Assembly: GCA_039621445.1 (NCBI GenBank)
Contig: CP154954.1
Coordinates: 22,642,954-22,706,953, forward strand
From: Euglena gracilis
Taxonomy: Eukaryota
Reading direction: 5' to 3'
Length of the DNA stretch: 64,000 bases
Shown here: positions 1 through 11,845 of the stretch, piece after piece
How positions within the stretch are numbered: the stretch's first letter is position 1
How the letters are laid out: the number at the start of each line of letters is the position of its first letter
Translations under genes and position numbers: made by a program
Notes under the pieces: model-generated
Database searches by the model: none
The model's input: the letters and a program-made list of their open reading frames with translations, nothing else
What the model was told of the DNA's origin: nothing

Positions 1-3000
1 GGCAAAGCACGGGACACGGGCCAACATCCACGAGACGTGGACCTACGCCTGGGGGCAGGGGGCTGGCACGAGGCGGCCAAGGTGAAGGACGCCCCCGGAA
101 TGCCGTGGTTCACGCTGCCGAGGGTGGAGGACACCCTGCGCAAGATGCTGGCCAACCTGTACGCGGTGAACGGGGGGGTGGTGCGGAAGCAGCAAAAGGG
201 AGTACCCATGGGGCTGGAGTGCTCCCCGCAGCTGGCCAACCTGTACGCCTACGCCGTGGAGAGCAGGTGGGTGGACCGAACGGCACCGACCAACGTCCTG
301 ATGCGGCGGTACATCGACGACATCATCGTCATGGGACCAGATGCCCTCACCCCCGGGAAAGGGCTGCCCACCGAGGAGGACTACGGGATGCAGTACAAGT
401 CCACCGCCGAGGAGCCCCACAGCCTCATCTACCTGGGGGTGCGGCTGTTCGTGGACGACCGCGGACAAGCCCACTCGGTCCTGCACGACCGTGCAGTGGA
501 CTACCCCATCCGGGTGGACCGATACCCCGAGGGCACAACAGTGGCCAACCCAGCCCAGCTGGCAGGCGTCATCATGGGCCGGTTGGTGGCAGCCCAACGG
601 ACATGCAGCCGCATGGATCTGTTCCAAGACGCGGTGGCCGGCATCTTCACCCACGCGCATCGCAGGGGATACCCACGGAGAATGGTGCACTCCACGTGGA
701 CCCGGTTCCTGTGGCGGTACTGGGACGCGGCATCCGTCACCACGCGGGAACTGCGGGCGTGGTTCCACGACGCGTGGCGAAAGGTGACGGAAGCGGAGGA
801 GGGGGGACAGCGCAAGCCGGCCCCCAAGTGGCCAACGTGGGAAGCCCGCGTACCACTGCCGCGGGACAGTGGCAGGGGAACACCACAGCACCCACCACCG
901 CGGGACGCAGCAGGGCACCAGGCAGCATGTGAGGGGACCCCCCAGCCCCAAGCAGCACAACGGGAGCCCATCGACGACCTCATCGACCTCACCACGCCAC
1001 CGGGGTCCCCGCCACACGCAAGCCCAGGCGACGGGGAGCCGCAGGGCGGCTCCTCGCAACCAGCCAGCAGCTACCGCCCGATGGCACCGCCGCTGATACC
1101 GTACCCCCTCCCACCGAGCGGCAGGGGAGGGGTGGGGCCAACCAGGACCGGACGACCAGGACAGAGGGGGGCAGGGCAGAAAGGCAACATACCGCCGAGA
1201 AGGCCGTGGTCTTCACCGGTGTACCCCACGCGGGGGGCTGCCAGCTCGTCGTCGACTTGGGCCGAAAAGGCTGTGCGATGGGGCTGTCCGCCTTCCGAGT
1301 CGCTGCCACTGCACGCCCCTCTCGCACAGGAGCGTGCAGTGGGGGGCGCACTCTCCCCACGAGCACAGCCACCTCACGTCCCTGTCGCCGAAACACGGTG
1401 CACAGCGAGCACACAGGAGCGGGAGGTGGCCGGCGCTTCCCCCACACCCACCACACAGACATCAGCGGCGACGCCAACCAGCCAGCAGCCACCAACAACC
1501 ACAGTGCAGCAGCCGCTGCAAGTGGTCCAGGTGCCCCAACCGTACCCGGTGCCGGTGCCGGTGCCCACCCCCTGTCCCGTGCCGGTGTACGTCGAGCGCG
1601 TGGTGCCGGTACAGATCCCAGTGCCATACCACGTACCCGTGCCGGTGGTCGTGGAGCGCGCAGTGCCCACACCGTACCCGGTGCCGGTGCACGTGGAGCG
1701 CCTGGTGCCAGTGGAACGCCCACTCCCGCTGCCGTGGCTGGACACCGGGGCAGTGACCGCGCTGCTCCGGGGGGCGAGCGCACAGCTGCCCATGCCAGTC
1801 CAACGCCTGATCCAAGCGGTCAGCAGCACCACCGGGCCGACGAGGGCCCGGTGGCAGCGGGAGATGGGGCGACCACAGCCTTACCCGGCGGAAGGAGCAG
1901 TGGACCCCCAACGGGCACTGCTCGTCGAAATGGTGCGATGGATCTGGCAGCAGCAACAGCAGCAGCAAGAGAGCCGCCCCCTCACCCATCGCGCCACGCT
2001 GGCGATCGAAGACGCACCCACCGCAGCCACACCCACATCGCCCGCGGCAGGCACCACCCCGGCAGGAGCAGCACCACCACCAAGCAACAACCCACCACCA
2101 CCCGCAACGGAAGGGGCCAGCACCACCGCCACGCCAGCAGCACCACCAGGCAGCACCAGCCCCGCGCCCGCAGCAGCAGCAGCAAGCAGCACGCCGGCCC
2201 CACCAACACCAACCACAAGCGCCACACCGCCACCGAGCGCCACCCCCACGCAGGAAGCACAAAGCACCACAGCCACCGAGGAGGCACCGGCAAGAAGCGA
2301 CCCCATGGCCACAGACCGACTCCTGGGCAACAAGCGCCCAGTGTCGGTGGTGGTGGAGGAGGCGGCCACACCACAGCCCACCGAAGGGGACGATGCCTCG
2401 CAGGCAACCCAACCAAGCCAACGCAAGAAGAGGCTGTACACACGCTTGGCCGAGTGGCCGGCAGAGTGGCGGGAGCAGTACGAGCGGTTCAAGGCCACGC
2501 CCAAAGCAAGCGACCGCCACGAGATGTGGCAGGGGTGGGACCAAAGCCTCCAAGACCAAGTGTGGGCAGCCGTCGCCGACAAGCGGAGGGACGAGATCCG
2601 CCGATGGAAGGCGATGAAGAACGAAGGCCCACCAACCCAAGCAGAAGGCCAAGCCAGAAGCACGCGAGAAGAGAGGCGGAGGTCCCACACCGGAGCGGCA
2701 GACGAAGGTGGAGAACCCACCAGCCACGACTGGCAAGAAGGCCAGCGCATCGGGGAGGCGAAGCAGCCAGGCCCAGAAGAGGAAGGGTCGGACCAGGACA
2801 CCCCCGAGGCGCAAGCGGGGAGCCCAAAGAATCACCCGCGACCGGCCTGGGGCGGCTCTCCAGGGGTACCTGCCGATCACCGGCAGGGCGTGTCCCGGCA
2901 CGCCGTCAATCGGGACCCCAACAAAACAGAACCCACCAGCACCATGAACACAAAAATCACAGGCATGCCAGGCAATGACGGCCTGCCCGGCGCAGAGGAC

Positions 3001-4151
3001 CTCTGCCCCGGGTGGCAGGCGGGGCGCCAGCCTAAGAACCCGCAACCGATCTGGGGCGGATCTCCAGGGGTACCTGCCAATCACTGGCAGGGCGTGGCCC
3101 GACACGCCGTCAAGTGGGACGAAGGAGCAGAAGAACCGTGCCCCAGAAGCAGAAGCCAAGACCAGCACGACTGGAAGAAAGGGGCACGGATCGGGGAAGC
3201 AAAGAACCCCGGACCACCCCAAAGAGGGTACCAACAGCCCAACCCAAAAGGGGGGGCCCAGCGAGGAGGACAACAAACAGGAAAAGGACAGACACAGCCC
3301 AGGAAAGGAGGCAAGGGTGGCAAAGGAAACGTCACCCCACAAGGAAGCCGGCAGGGCCAACCCCAAGGAGAGGGCTGGCAAACAGCACAAAGCACCGGCC
3401 GAAAACGCCTCCAAAAGCGCCTCCAAGGGCTCCAACGGGCGCTGCAAGAAATGCAGCAAGAGCTCGACCAATGGCGGCAGAATCCGCCCCCGCAGCAGCA
3501 GCAGCAACGACCGGACCTAAGGGACGACAACCCCTGGGCCCCCCTGCAGCCACAGCAACAACGCCGGGAGCGGAAGAGATCCATTGGGTTTGAACCCCCA
3601 AGCCGCCAAGCGAGCAGGCAGCCGCCAGAGCAACGAGGAGGACGCGGAGGACGGGGAGGACGAGGTCGTGGACGAGGCGACGGAGCCCAAGATCGACACG
3701 GCCATGCAGATCCCCGAAACCCGCGTGCCGGGCACGGAACATGCCAGCCGTGCCCGTCATGCGGGTACCAGAACGAGGTGTACCACGCCGACGGGGCCCT
3801 GGGGGGTGGGGGGCTCGCCGGCGGTGGCATCCCCGGGCCCCCGGGCCCTGGCGCGGGGTCCGGGGGTGGCGTGAAAGGCGTGCGGAGCCCATGGGGGGAG
3901 CGCCGCCCCCCCAGCACGCACGCACGCACGGGGACCGCCACACACCCACCAGCAGGCAAGGGAGGGGGGAGGGGGAAGGGGCAGCCCAGCGCGCCAGACA
4001 GACGGGCAGCCCCCGGAGGACCGGAGGCCAAGGGAGGGGGGAGGGGGAAAGGGAAGGGGCAGCCCAGAGCGCCAGACAGACGGGCAGCCACCGGGGGACA
4101 GGAGGCCAAGGGAGGGGGGAGGGGGAAAGGGAAAGGCAAGGGAAACCCACG

Positions 4152-4199
<48 letters not shown>

Positions 4200-4212
4200 G
4201 AGAGACAGAGAG
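1..4212 (+). mobile_element. Penelope-like retroelement A (5' part outside window), ending in (GA)n
   Basis: RT motifs QQKGVPMGLECSPQLANLY, RYIDD, YLGV and thumb-like GRLVAAQRTCS...RGYP; 3' ~380 bp (3829-4212) is repeated at 8099 and 8527. Confidence 0.85.
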
Positions 4213-4413
4213 CCTCCGGGAGCCACGTCCCCGGAGCGAGACCGAGCCAAGTCCGGGCGGGTGGCAGGCAGCGTGGTGCCTGTGCCCCGCCAACCCCGTC
4301 CGCAGGGGAGCAAGCGAAGCGGGATTTGCCCCGGCCCCAAGCCCCTTGGCGACCCAACAGGGAATCGACCCGTGGGCACCGCCCTGGGGAATCACAAAGT
4401 TCAAGCGCCATGA
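37..4413 (+). CDS. Penelope-like reverse transcriptase (C-terminal half, to ~790) fused to a long extension: Pro-rich region, VPV repeats, Trp-rich domain, two RIGEAKxPGP motifs, coiled coil, RGG
   Basis: Uninterrupted 1458-aa ORF, open from the window start; no GIY-YIG motif seen downstream of RT; the last ~200 nt run into the next element. Confidence 0.75.
2823..3120. repeat. Two diverged copies of a ~95-bp three-hairpin element (2823-2920, 3030-3120)
   Basis: Hairpins CTGGGG/CTCCAG, CTGCCG/CGGCAG (CTGCCA/TGGCAG in copy 2) and GGCGTG/CACGCC. Confidence 0.7.
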
Positions 4414-5017
4414 GATCTACAAGACCCTCTCGCCCTGGGAGTGCGCAGGGCAACCAACCCCGAGATGAAGCAAGAGGCAGAAGAGAAGAAGGCGACGTAT
4501 GGACGCCGGTGCAGAGCAGGCGAGGGGCTGCCCTGCACAAGGAGATCAAGAGAATGGCGGACACCATTTCCGCCCTGAGCGCGGAGCTGAAGAAACTGCA
4601 GGAAAAATGTCAAGCTCAACGCCACTTTCGGGGGGAGTCGGAGCCCCCAACCACATCGAGACCACCGCGGAGGGGAGAGAGAGAGAGAGAGGGAGGCAAG
4701 GGCCGGCCCCCCTCCGATCCCCTCTCATCCCAACCCGTGGGATCCCCTGCGAGGCCATCGTCGCGGCGGACGGCGGCGGCAGCGGCGGCAGCAGGAGACG
4801 ACGACCGGCACGGACGCGGAGCAGCGGCACCCCAGGTGTGCCACCCCCGGCCTGCCGGAGCTGGTATCTCCGGCCCTCCAGTTCGGGCCGCACCGGCTGG
4901 AGGTGGGCGTGCAAACCCGTGCGAGGCCTCCCCCCTCTGGCACCCCACCTCCCTCCCCCATCCCTCCATCCCACCCACCCGCCCCAGTGGCCATACCAAT
5001 CAAGGAGGAGAGAGAGA

Positions 5018-7245
5018 ACGTGGCCTGCTACCCCGTGGAGCGCGACCACATGTACGCCCTCCCTCCCCAGCTCCGGTCCTCCGCCGTGTCCCGATACATC
5101 GACGACCACCCCACCACACATGCCCCTGCCCCTCTCGGCAGCCGAGTACGGCATGGAGTACAAAACCACCGGCCCCGGCGAGTCCGTGGTGTGCCTGGGC
5201 GTCCGGGTGTACATCCAATGCCATTCCAACGGGGACCGTGTGGTCCACACCACCGTCCACGACCGGGAGGAGGAGTACCCCCACCACATCGTCCGCTACC
5301 CCCTGGCCACCACCACCGCCCCCACCGAGCAGCTGGGCGGGGTCATCATGGGCCGCCTGGAGTTCGCCCGGATGGCCTGCAGCCACATGGGGGATTTCAA
5401 GCAGTCCGTGGCCAACGTCTTCCGCAACGCCATCTGGCGGGGGTACTCCCGTCGGCTGGTGCAGTCGGTGTGGAGCCGCTTCCTCTTCCAGCGCTGGCAC
5501 GCCACCGACATCCGCGTCCGTGAGCTCCGCACCTGGTTTTCCAAGGTGTGGAAGTGGCTCCACTCCAGCCCCCATCACACTCCCCCAGCCCCATGGGCCA
5601 CAGCCCTCCCCCTCGACGAGGCCCACGCCCCCTCCCAGGCCGACTTTCTCTGTCTTCGGCCACCCCACCCCCCACCCCGGGGGCATCGACGACCTGCTGG
5701 CCGAGATGACGCCGCCCCCTTCCCCCTCCGCCTCCCAGCCCTCCGACGTGGACGTGATGATCATCGACCGGGAGGCCCACGTGCGCCACGGCAAGCAGCA
5801 GGCCCCGAGAGGAGCGTCCCGATCCGTCCACTGGCCAGGGCTCAGAGAGGGGGACGCCCCAGAGGTGAGGTGCGCCCAATCCGTGAGCAGCAAGGGCAAG
5901 GACCCGGGGGTGATGCCGCCAAGGATCCCGCCCCCGGCGAGCCCGGGCGAGCCTCTACCAATCAGTCAAGAGGAGGGGGACGCCCCAAACAGCCGCAGCA
6001 CCAGGCCGGCCCACACCGGGGCGGGGTTTACGCCGGGCAGTGAACCGGGGGTGACGCCGCCAAGGTTCCCGCCCCCGGGGAGCCCGGGCGGGCCTGAGGA
6101 CAGCAAGGGGGACGCCCCGAGCCACGGACTGGCCCACACCGTGACGGGGTTTACGTCGGGCAGTGAACTGGGGGTGACGCCGTCAAGGATCTCAGCCCCA
6201 GGGAGCCCGGGCGGGTCCGTGATCGTGCTGCCAGGACCGGCCTCAGAGCCGAGGGGGGACGCCCCAAGCGACAGGCTGGCCCACACCGGAGCGGGGTTTA
6301 CGCTGGGCGGTGAACCGGGGGTGACGCCGCCAAGGATCCCTCCCCCGGGGAGCCCGGGCGGGCCTGAGAGTTGCCAGCCCACGGCAATGGAGACGGAGAC
6401 GGACGCCCTCGAGGGGGTTGCAGCGCAGCCAAGCACCGCCTCCCAATCCCCCAGTGCCCCAACGGCCCCCACAGCCTCCCAAAGCCCCCCCCTCCCCAAA
6501 CCCAACACCCCCTCCCCAACCCCATGACTCCCCCCACCCCCCCCTGGGGTCCTCCAGGAGCGGGTCGTCATCGTCGAGAGGCAGGTCCCCGTTCCCGTGC
6601 GGGAGCCCGTCTTCGTGGATCGGGTCATCGAGCGGGTCGTCCCGGTCCCTGTGCAGGTGCCCGTGGAGGTCCGGGTTCCCATGCCCGTCCCCGTCCCCGT
6701 GGAGGTCCGGGTACCCATCCCCATCTATCTCCCTCCCTCCGCGCCACAAGCCCCCTCCATCGTGCAGAATGTGCATCTCAGCACACTCACCATCGGCCCC
6801 TCCTCCCCCTCGTCCTCCCTGGCTCTCCTCCAAGATCTCCCCATTCCCGCCATCGAGGCCCCAAACCGCCCACTCCTCATCGCTCCCCCGCCGCCACCCA
6901 GCGACGCCACCGACGACGACACCTCTTCCCAACCCCACGAAGAAGAGGAAGTTCACGTCGTTGAGCGAGTGGCCTGCCGAGTGGCGAGCCAAGTACGAGG
7001 AGTGGAAGGCGGTGCTGAAGGACCCACGACAAGTAGGACGAGGACAGACCATGTACGAATCATGGGACCCGGACCTGCAGAACCAGGTCTGGGCCTCGTG
7101 CGGCCCCCAGCGGCGAAGCATCATCCAAGAATGGCAAGAAGCCGCAGCAGCCCAGAACGTCGAGCGCCCCGCGGACCTCGAGCGCCAGACGCACGACTGG
7201 CATGAAGGTGCCAGGATCGGGGAGGCCGACCACCCCGGTCCAAGG
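5018..7245 (+). pseudogene. Frameshifted Penelope-like RT C-terminus plus the same extension modules as element A
   Basis: SRYIDD, EYGMEYK, CLGV, GGVIMGRLEFARMACS, RGYS; VPV repeats ~6555-6725; EWPAEWR domain ~6940-7140; HDWHEGARIGEADHPGP 7192-7242. Confidence 0.8.
5849..6370 (+). repeat. Four diverged tandem units of ~125-145 bp inside the element B ORF
   Basis: Recurrent GGGGGACGCCCC...GGGGTTTACG...CCGGGGGTGACGCCGCCAAGG...GAGCCCGGGCG. Confidence 0.8.
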
Positions 7246-8098
7246 CGCCACCCCCACGGCCCCCACCAGGGCCACCAACCGTCCGGGAGCCACGTCCCCG
7301 GAGCGAGACCGAGCCAAGTCCGGGCGGGTGGCAGGCAGCGTGGTGCCTGTGCCCCGCCAACCCCGTCCGCAGGGGAGCAAGCGAAGCGGGATTTGCCCCG
7401 GCCCCAAGCCCCTTGGCGACCTAATAGGGAATCGACCCGTGGGCACCGCCCTGGGGAATCACAAATTTCAGCAGCCATGAGATCTACAAGACCCTCTCGC
7501 CCTGGGAGTGCGCAGGGCAACCAACCCCGAGAAGAAGCAAGAGGGAGAAGACTAGAAGGCGACACCTGGACGCCGGTGCAGAGCAGGCGAGGGGCGGCGC
7601 TGCACAAGGAGATCAAAAGGATGGCGGACAGCATCTCCGCCCTCAGCGAGGAGCTGAAGAAGCTGCAAGAAAAATGCCAAGCTCAACGCCACTTTCGGGG
7701 GGAGTCGGAGCCCCCGACCACATCGAGACCATCGCGGAGAGGAGAGAGAGAGAGAGCGAGGGAGGCAAGGGCCGGCCCCCCTCCGATCCCCTCTCATCCC
7801 AACCCGTGGGATCCCCTGCGAGGCCATCGTCGCGGCGGACGGCGGCGGCAGCAGGAGACGACGACCGGCACGGACGCGGAGGCAGCGGCACCCCAGGTAT
7901 GCCCCTCCCGGCCTGCCGGAGCTGGTATCTCCGGCCCTCCAGTTCGGGCCGCACCGGCTGGAGGTGGGCGTGCAACCCGTGCGAGGCCTCCCCCCTCTGC
8001 GGCACCCCCCCACCTCCCTCCCCATCCCCTCCCATCCCCACTCCCACCCACACCCAGAATCCCCCGTCCATACCAATCAAGAAGAGAGAGAGAGAGAG

Positions 8099-8929
<831 letters not shown>

Positions 8930-9630
8930 AAAACAACTCCACTTGGGGGACGGGTACCTTGGGAAACAGCTTGGACTCTCAAATCTCTCAAGACTCGAAA
9001 TCAAGCAACCAGGTAGGAGGAAGCATACCCATCCCCTCAGCAAACCCCTCCCCCAAAACAACTTTGCACTGCTCTAAACCTTTGCATGCCTAGAACTTTG
9101 CAGGGGGCCAAAACAAGGCACTTCCAAATAACTTTGCCCCCTGCATATTCATGATCCATCTTTCTGGAAAATCAGGAGGTGGTGAACACATAAAATCGTC
9201 GGAAATGCCACTTTTTTTTGTCTGATGAATACAAAAAAAATAACAATAAATAAATTAGCATCATTTGACATGATTGATACATGCATTGGATTACATCGAA
9301 ATTGTTAATAAAATGAATTAAAAATAAATTGAAAACAATTTGGTTTTACAAAAGTGCCGAACTGATCCATCAGCAGTTTTGGAAACTGCCCAAATAATCA
9401 CAGGAGGTAGGGCCAAAAAAAGATTAAGTTTGGCACCCAACAAAACTTCACTTGTGAGCTGCCATTGGTGGGTCGGGGTTGACCCCCCATACTTTATCTG
9501 CGTTTCCGAGGTTCCCGTACAACCCTGTGGGGGACCCCTTGGGCTGAAGCAGCACTCCGGGAATAATGCAGCTTTTGCCTTGCTGGAGAATATCTGGTGA
9601 GGGTGGGCATTAATGTTTGGAGATCTGGCA

Positions 9631-10006
9631 CAGGCATTTGCTTAAGGACCCCCGGGGGGGGTACTGGCTAGCCAATCGGCTAGACACTGGAAAAAGTGGA
9701 CTAGCTAGACCCCCCCTCCCCCCTGGGGGGTCCGGGGTCCCCCGGACTGGAAAAATGAGGTTTTTAACAGGTTTTTGGCTGATTTTGTTCCAAAAATTCC
9801 CAAAAATGGCCAAAATCGGGCATTTTTGGCCATTTTGGGGGGTCCCAAAAAAATAAAAAAATGGAAAAAAGTTTCCACTAGCTAGCCCTGCTAGCAGACC
9901 CCCCCCAGGGGGGGTCTGCTAGAAAACCCACTAGCCAAATTTGGACTAGCTGCAGTCCAGCCCCCCCGGGGGGGGGGGGTACTGCAATCCCATAAGCAAA
10001 CGCCTG
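9631..10006. mobile_element. MITE with CAG...CTG TIRs and 8-bp TSD (hAT/P-like)
   Basis: TIR CAGGCATTTGCTTA / TAAGCAAACGCCTG; TSD ATCTGGCA at 9623-9630 and 10007-10014. Confidence 0.9.
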
Positions 10007-10739
10007 ATCTGGCAGCACATTGGGCAAAAAGACTGCCTCAATGAGGAACAGGGATGGTAGGGTACTAAACAACATGAAGTGAACCTGTGCAGAGATCATC
10101 CCACGGAATCCTGATAATTCAAGAAAGGCATCGTCAAAATTACACTCCCTCCCTCCCCTCCCCTCTCTCCTCCCGGCTCTCTGGGAAAAAAATTCTGATT
10201 TTTTTTGCCAAGACTGTCATCTTGAAATGGGGGATTGAGTAAGTGAGGCCATAAATGATAAAAAAAATCATATATCCCTCCAGCAAACTGTCTCACCTGC
10301 GGCATTGTCCACCCACTCTGTCTTCGAAGCCCAACCTCTGTGCCACCTGATGCCGACACTTCAGATCGCAAATAAAGTGTCACCTCCCACCCTGCACGAT
10401 CTGCTGCTGCTTCGTTCAGTTGATTTCAATGGCAGCACTGCAGGATACCCAGGGAGCACTGCAGCACGCCACACACATCCAGCGGATGTCACCAGCAGTG
10501 AAATGGCAGCCGGTCTGGTTCAATGCAGAGACCGCTTTGGCACACGTTTTTTGGCTCGCCCCCGGGCGTTGATCATCCACGTGGCAATTTGCTGCAGTGA
10601 CAGCCCCGTCAGCTGCTGCAGTCGGCTCCTCTCCGCCCCGTCCGGGTAGGGATGCGCGCCACGGCTCCTGTGCTGGGTGGGGGAAGATGGTCAGCCAACG
10701 TGAACGACATACAGGAGGGTAGTTTGTGAACGTTAGATA

Positions 10740-11119
10740 CGCATGTATGTGTGTGTGACCCACAGATGGGTGTATGTGTGCGAGTTTGTCATTCACCTAT
10801 GGATAAACACAAACATGTGTGTGTGTGTGTGTGTTTACAGAAGTTTTTATGAGTATGTGTGTGAATATGTATGCATATGTATATATACATATGTGTGGAT
10901 ATGTACGTGCATGTGTAAATGGATACGTGTATGTATATGTACATGCTTTTGTGTATATACATGTACACACATATGTATATGTACATGTATACGTTTATGC
11001 ATATGCATGTGCATAAACATATGTATATGCATATGCATATGCACACACATGTATATGTGTATGTATATGCATATGTGTATGTATATGAATATGTATATGT
11101 ATCTGTATATGTATATGTG

Positions 11120-11171
<52 letters not shown>

Positions 11172-11340
11172 CATATGTATATGTATATGTATATGTATAT
11201 GCATATGCATATGTATATGCATATGCATATGCATATGCATATGCATATGCATATGCATATGTATATGTATATGTATATGCATATGTATATGTATATGTAT
11301 ATGCATATGCATGTGTATATGTATATGTATATGCATATGC

Positions 11341-11438
<98 letters not shown>

Positions 11439-11451
11439 GTGTATGTGTATG

Positions 11452-11495
<44 letters not shown>

Positions 11496-11561
11496 CATAT
11501 GCATATACATATACATATGCATATGTATATGTATATGCATATGCATATGCATATGCATATG

Positions 11562-11592
<31 letters not shown>

Positions 11593-11675
11593 ATATGCAT
11601 ATGCGTATGCATATGCATATGCATATGCATTCATGTGTATGCATAGCATATGTATATGTGTATGTATATGTATGT
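10740..11675. repeat. (ATATGT/ATATGC)n alternating purine-pyrimidine microsatellite
   Basis: Directly visible; degenerate at the left end. Confidence 0.95.
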
Positions 11676-11845
11676 GGGGAAAAGTGGGTGTGTCTCCTCG
11701 GACCCCCCCCCCAGGGGGCGGCACCCCAGGGCGCGGTTTTGGGTGGGTGGGGGACCCCCCCGGTCTTAAAAAAACCCCTGATGCCAAATCTGTTTCGACC
11801 CCGCTGTACATGGCATTGGTGGAAGGATGAAGAGGCACTGCCCCT

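Larger units (their letters stand above)
4215..8098 (+). mobile_element. Penelope-like retroelement B, 5'-truncated, with ~800-bp pseudo-LTR direct repeats (4215-5017, 7282-8098)
   Basis: Near-identical terminal repeats, each ending in (GA)n; internal RT fragment homologous to element A. Confidence 0.8.

Noticed and set aside
3829-5017. Hammerhead ribozyme in the Penelope pseudo-LTRs
   Set aside because: No CTGANGA/GAAA core found by eye on either strand
10305-10735. Upstream exon of the zinc-knuckle gene
   Set aside because: No CxxC half-knuckle in frame with a convincing paired intron end
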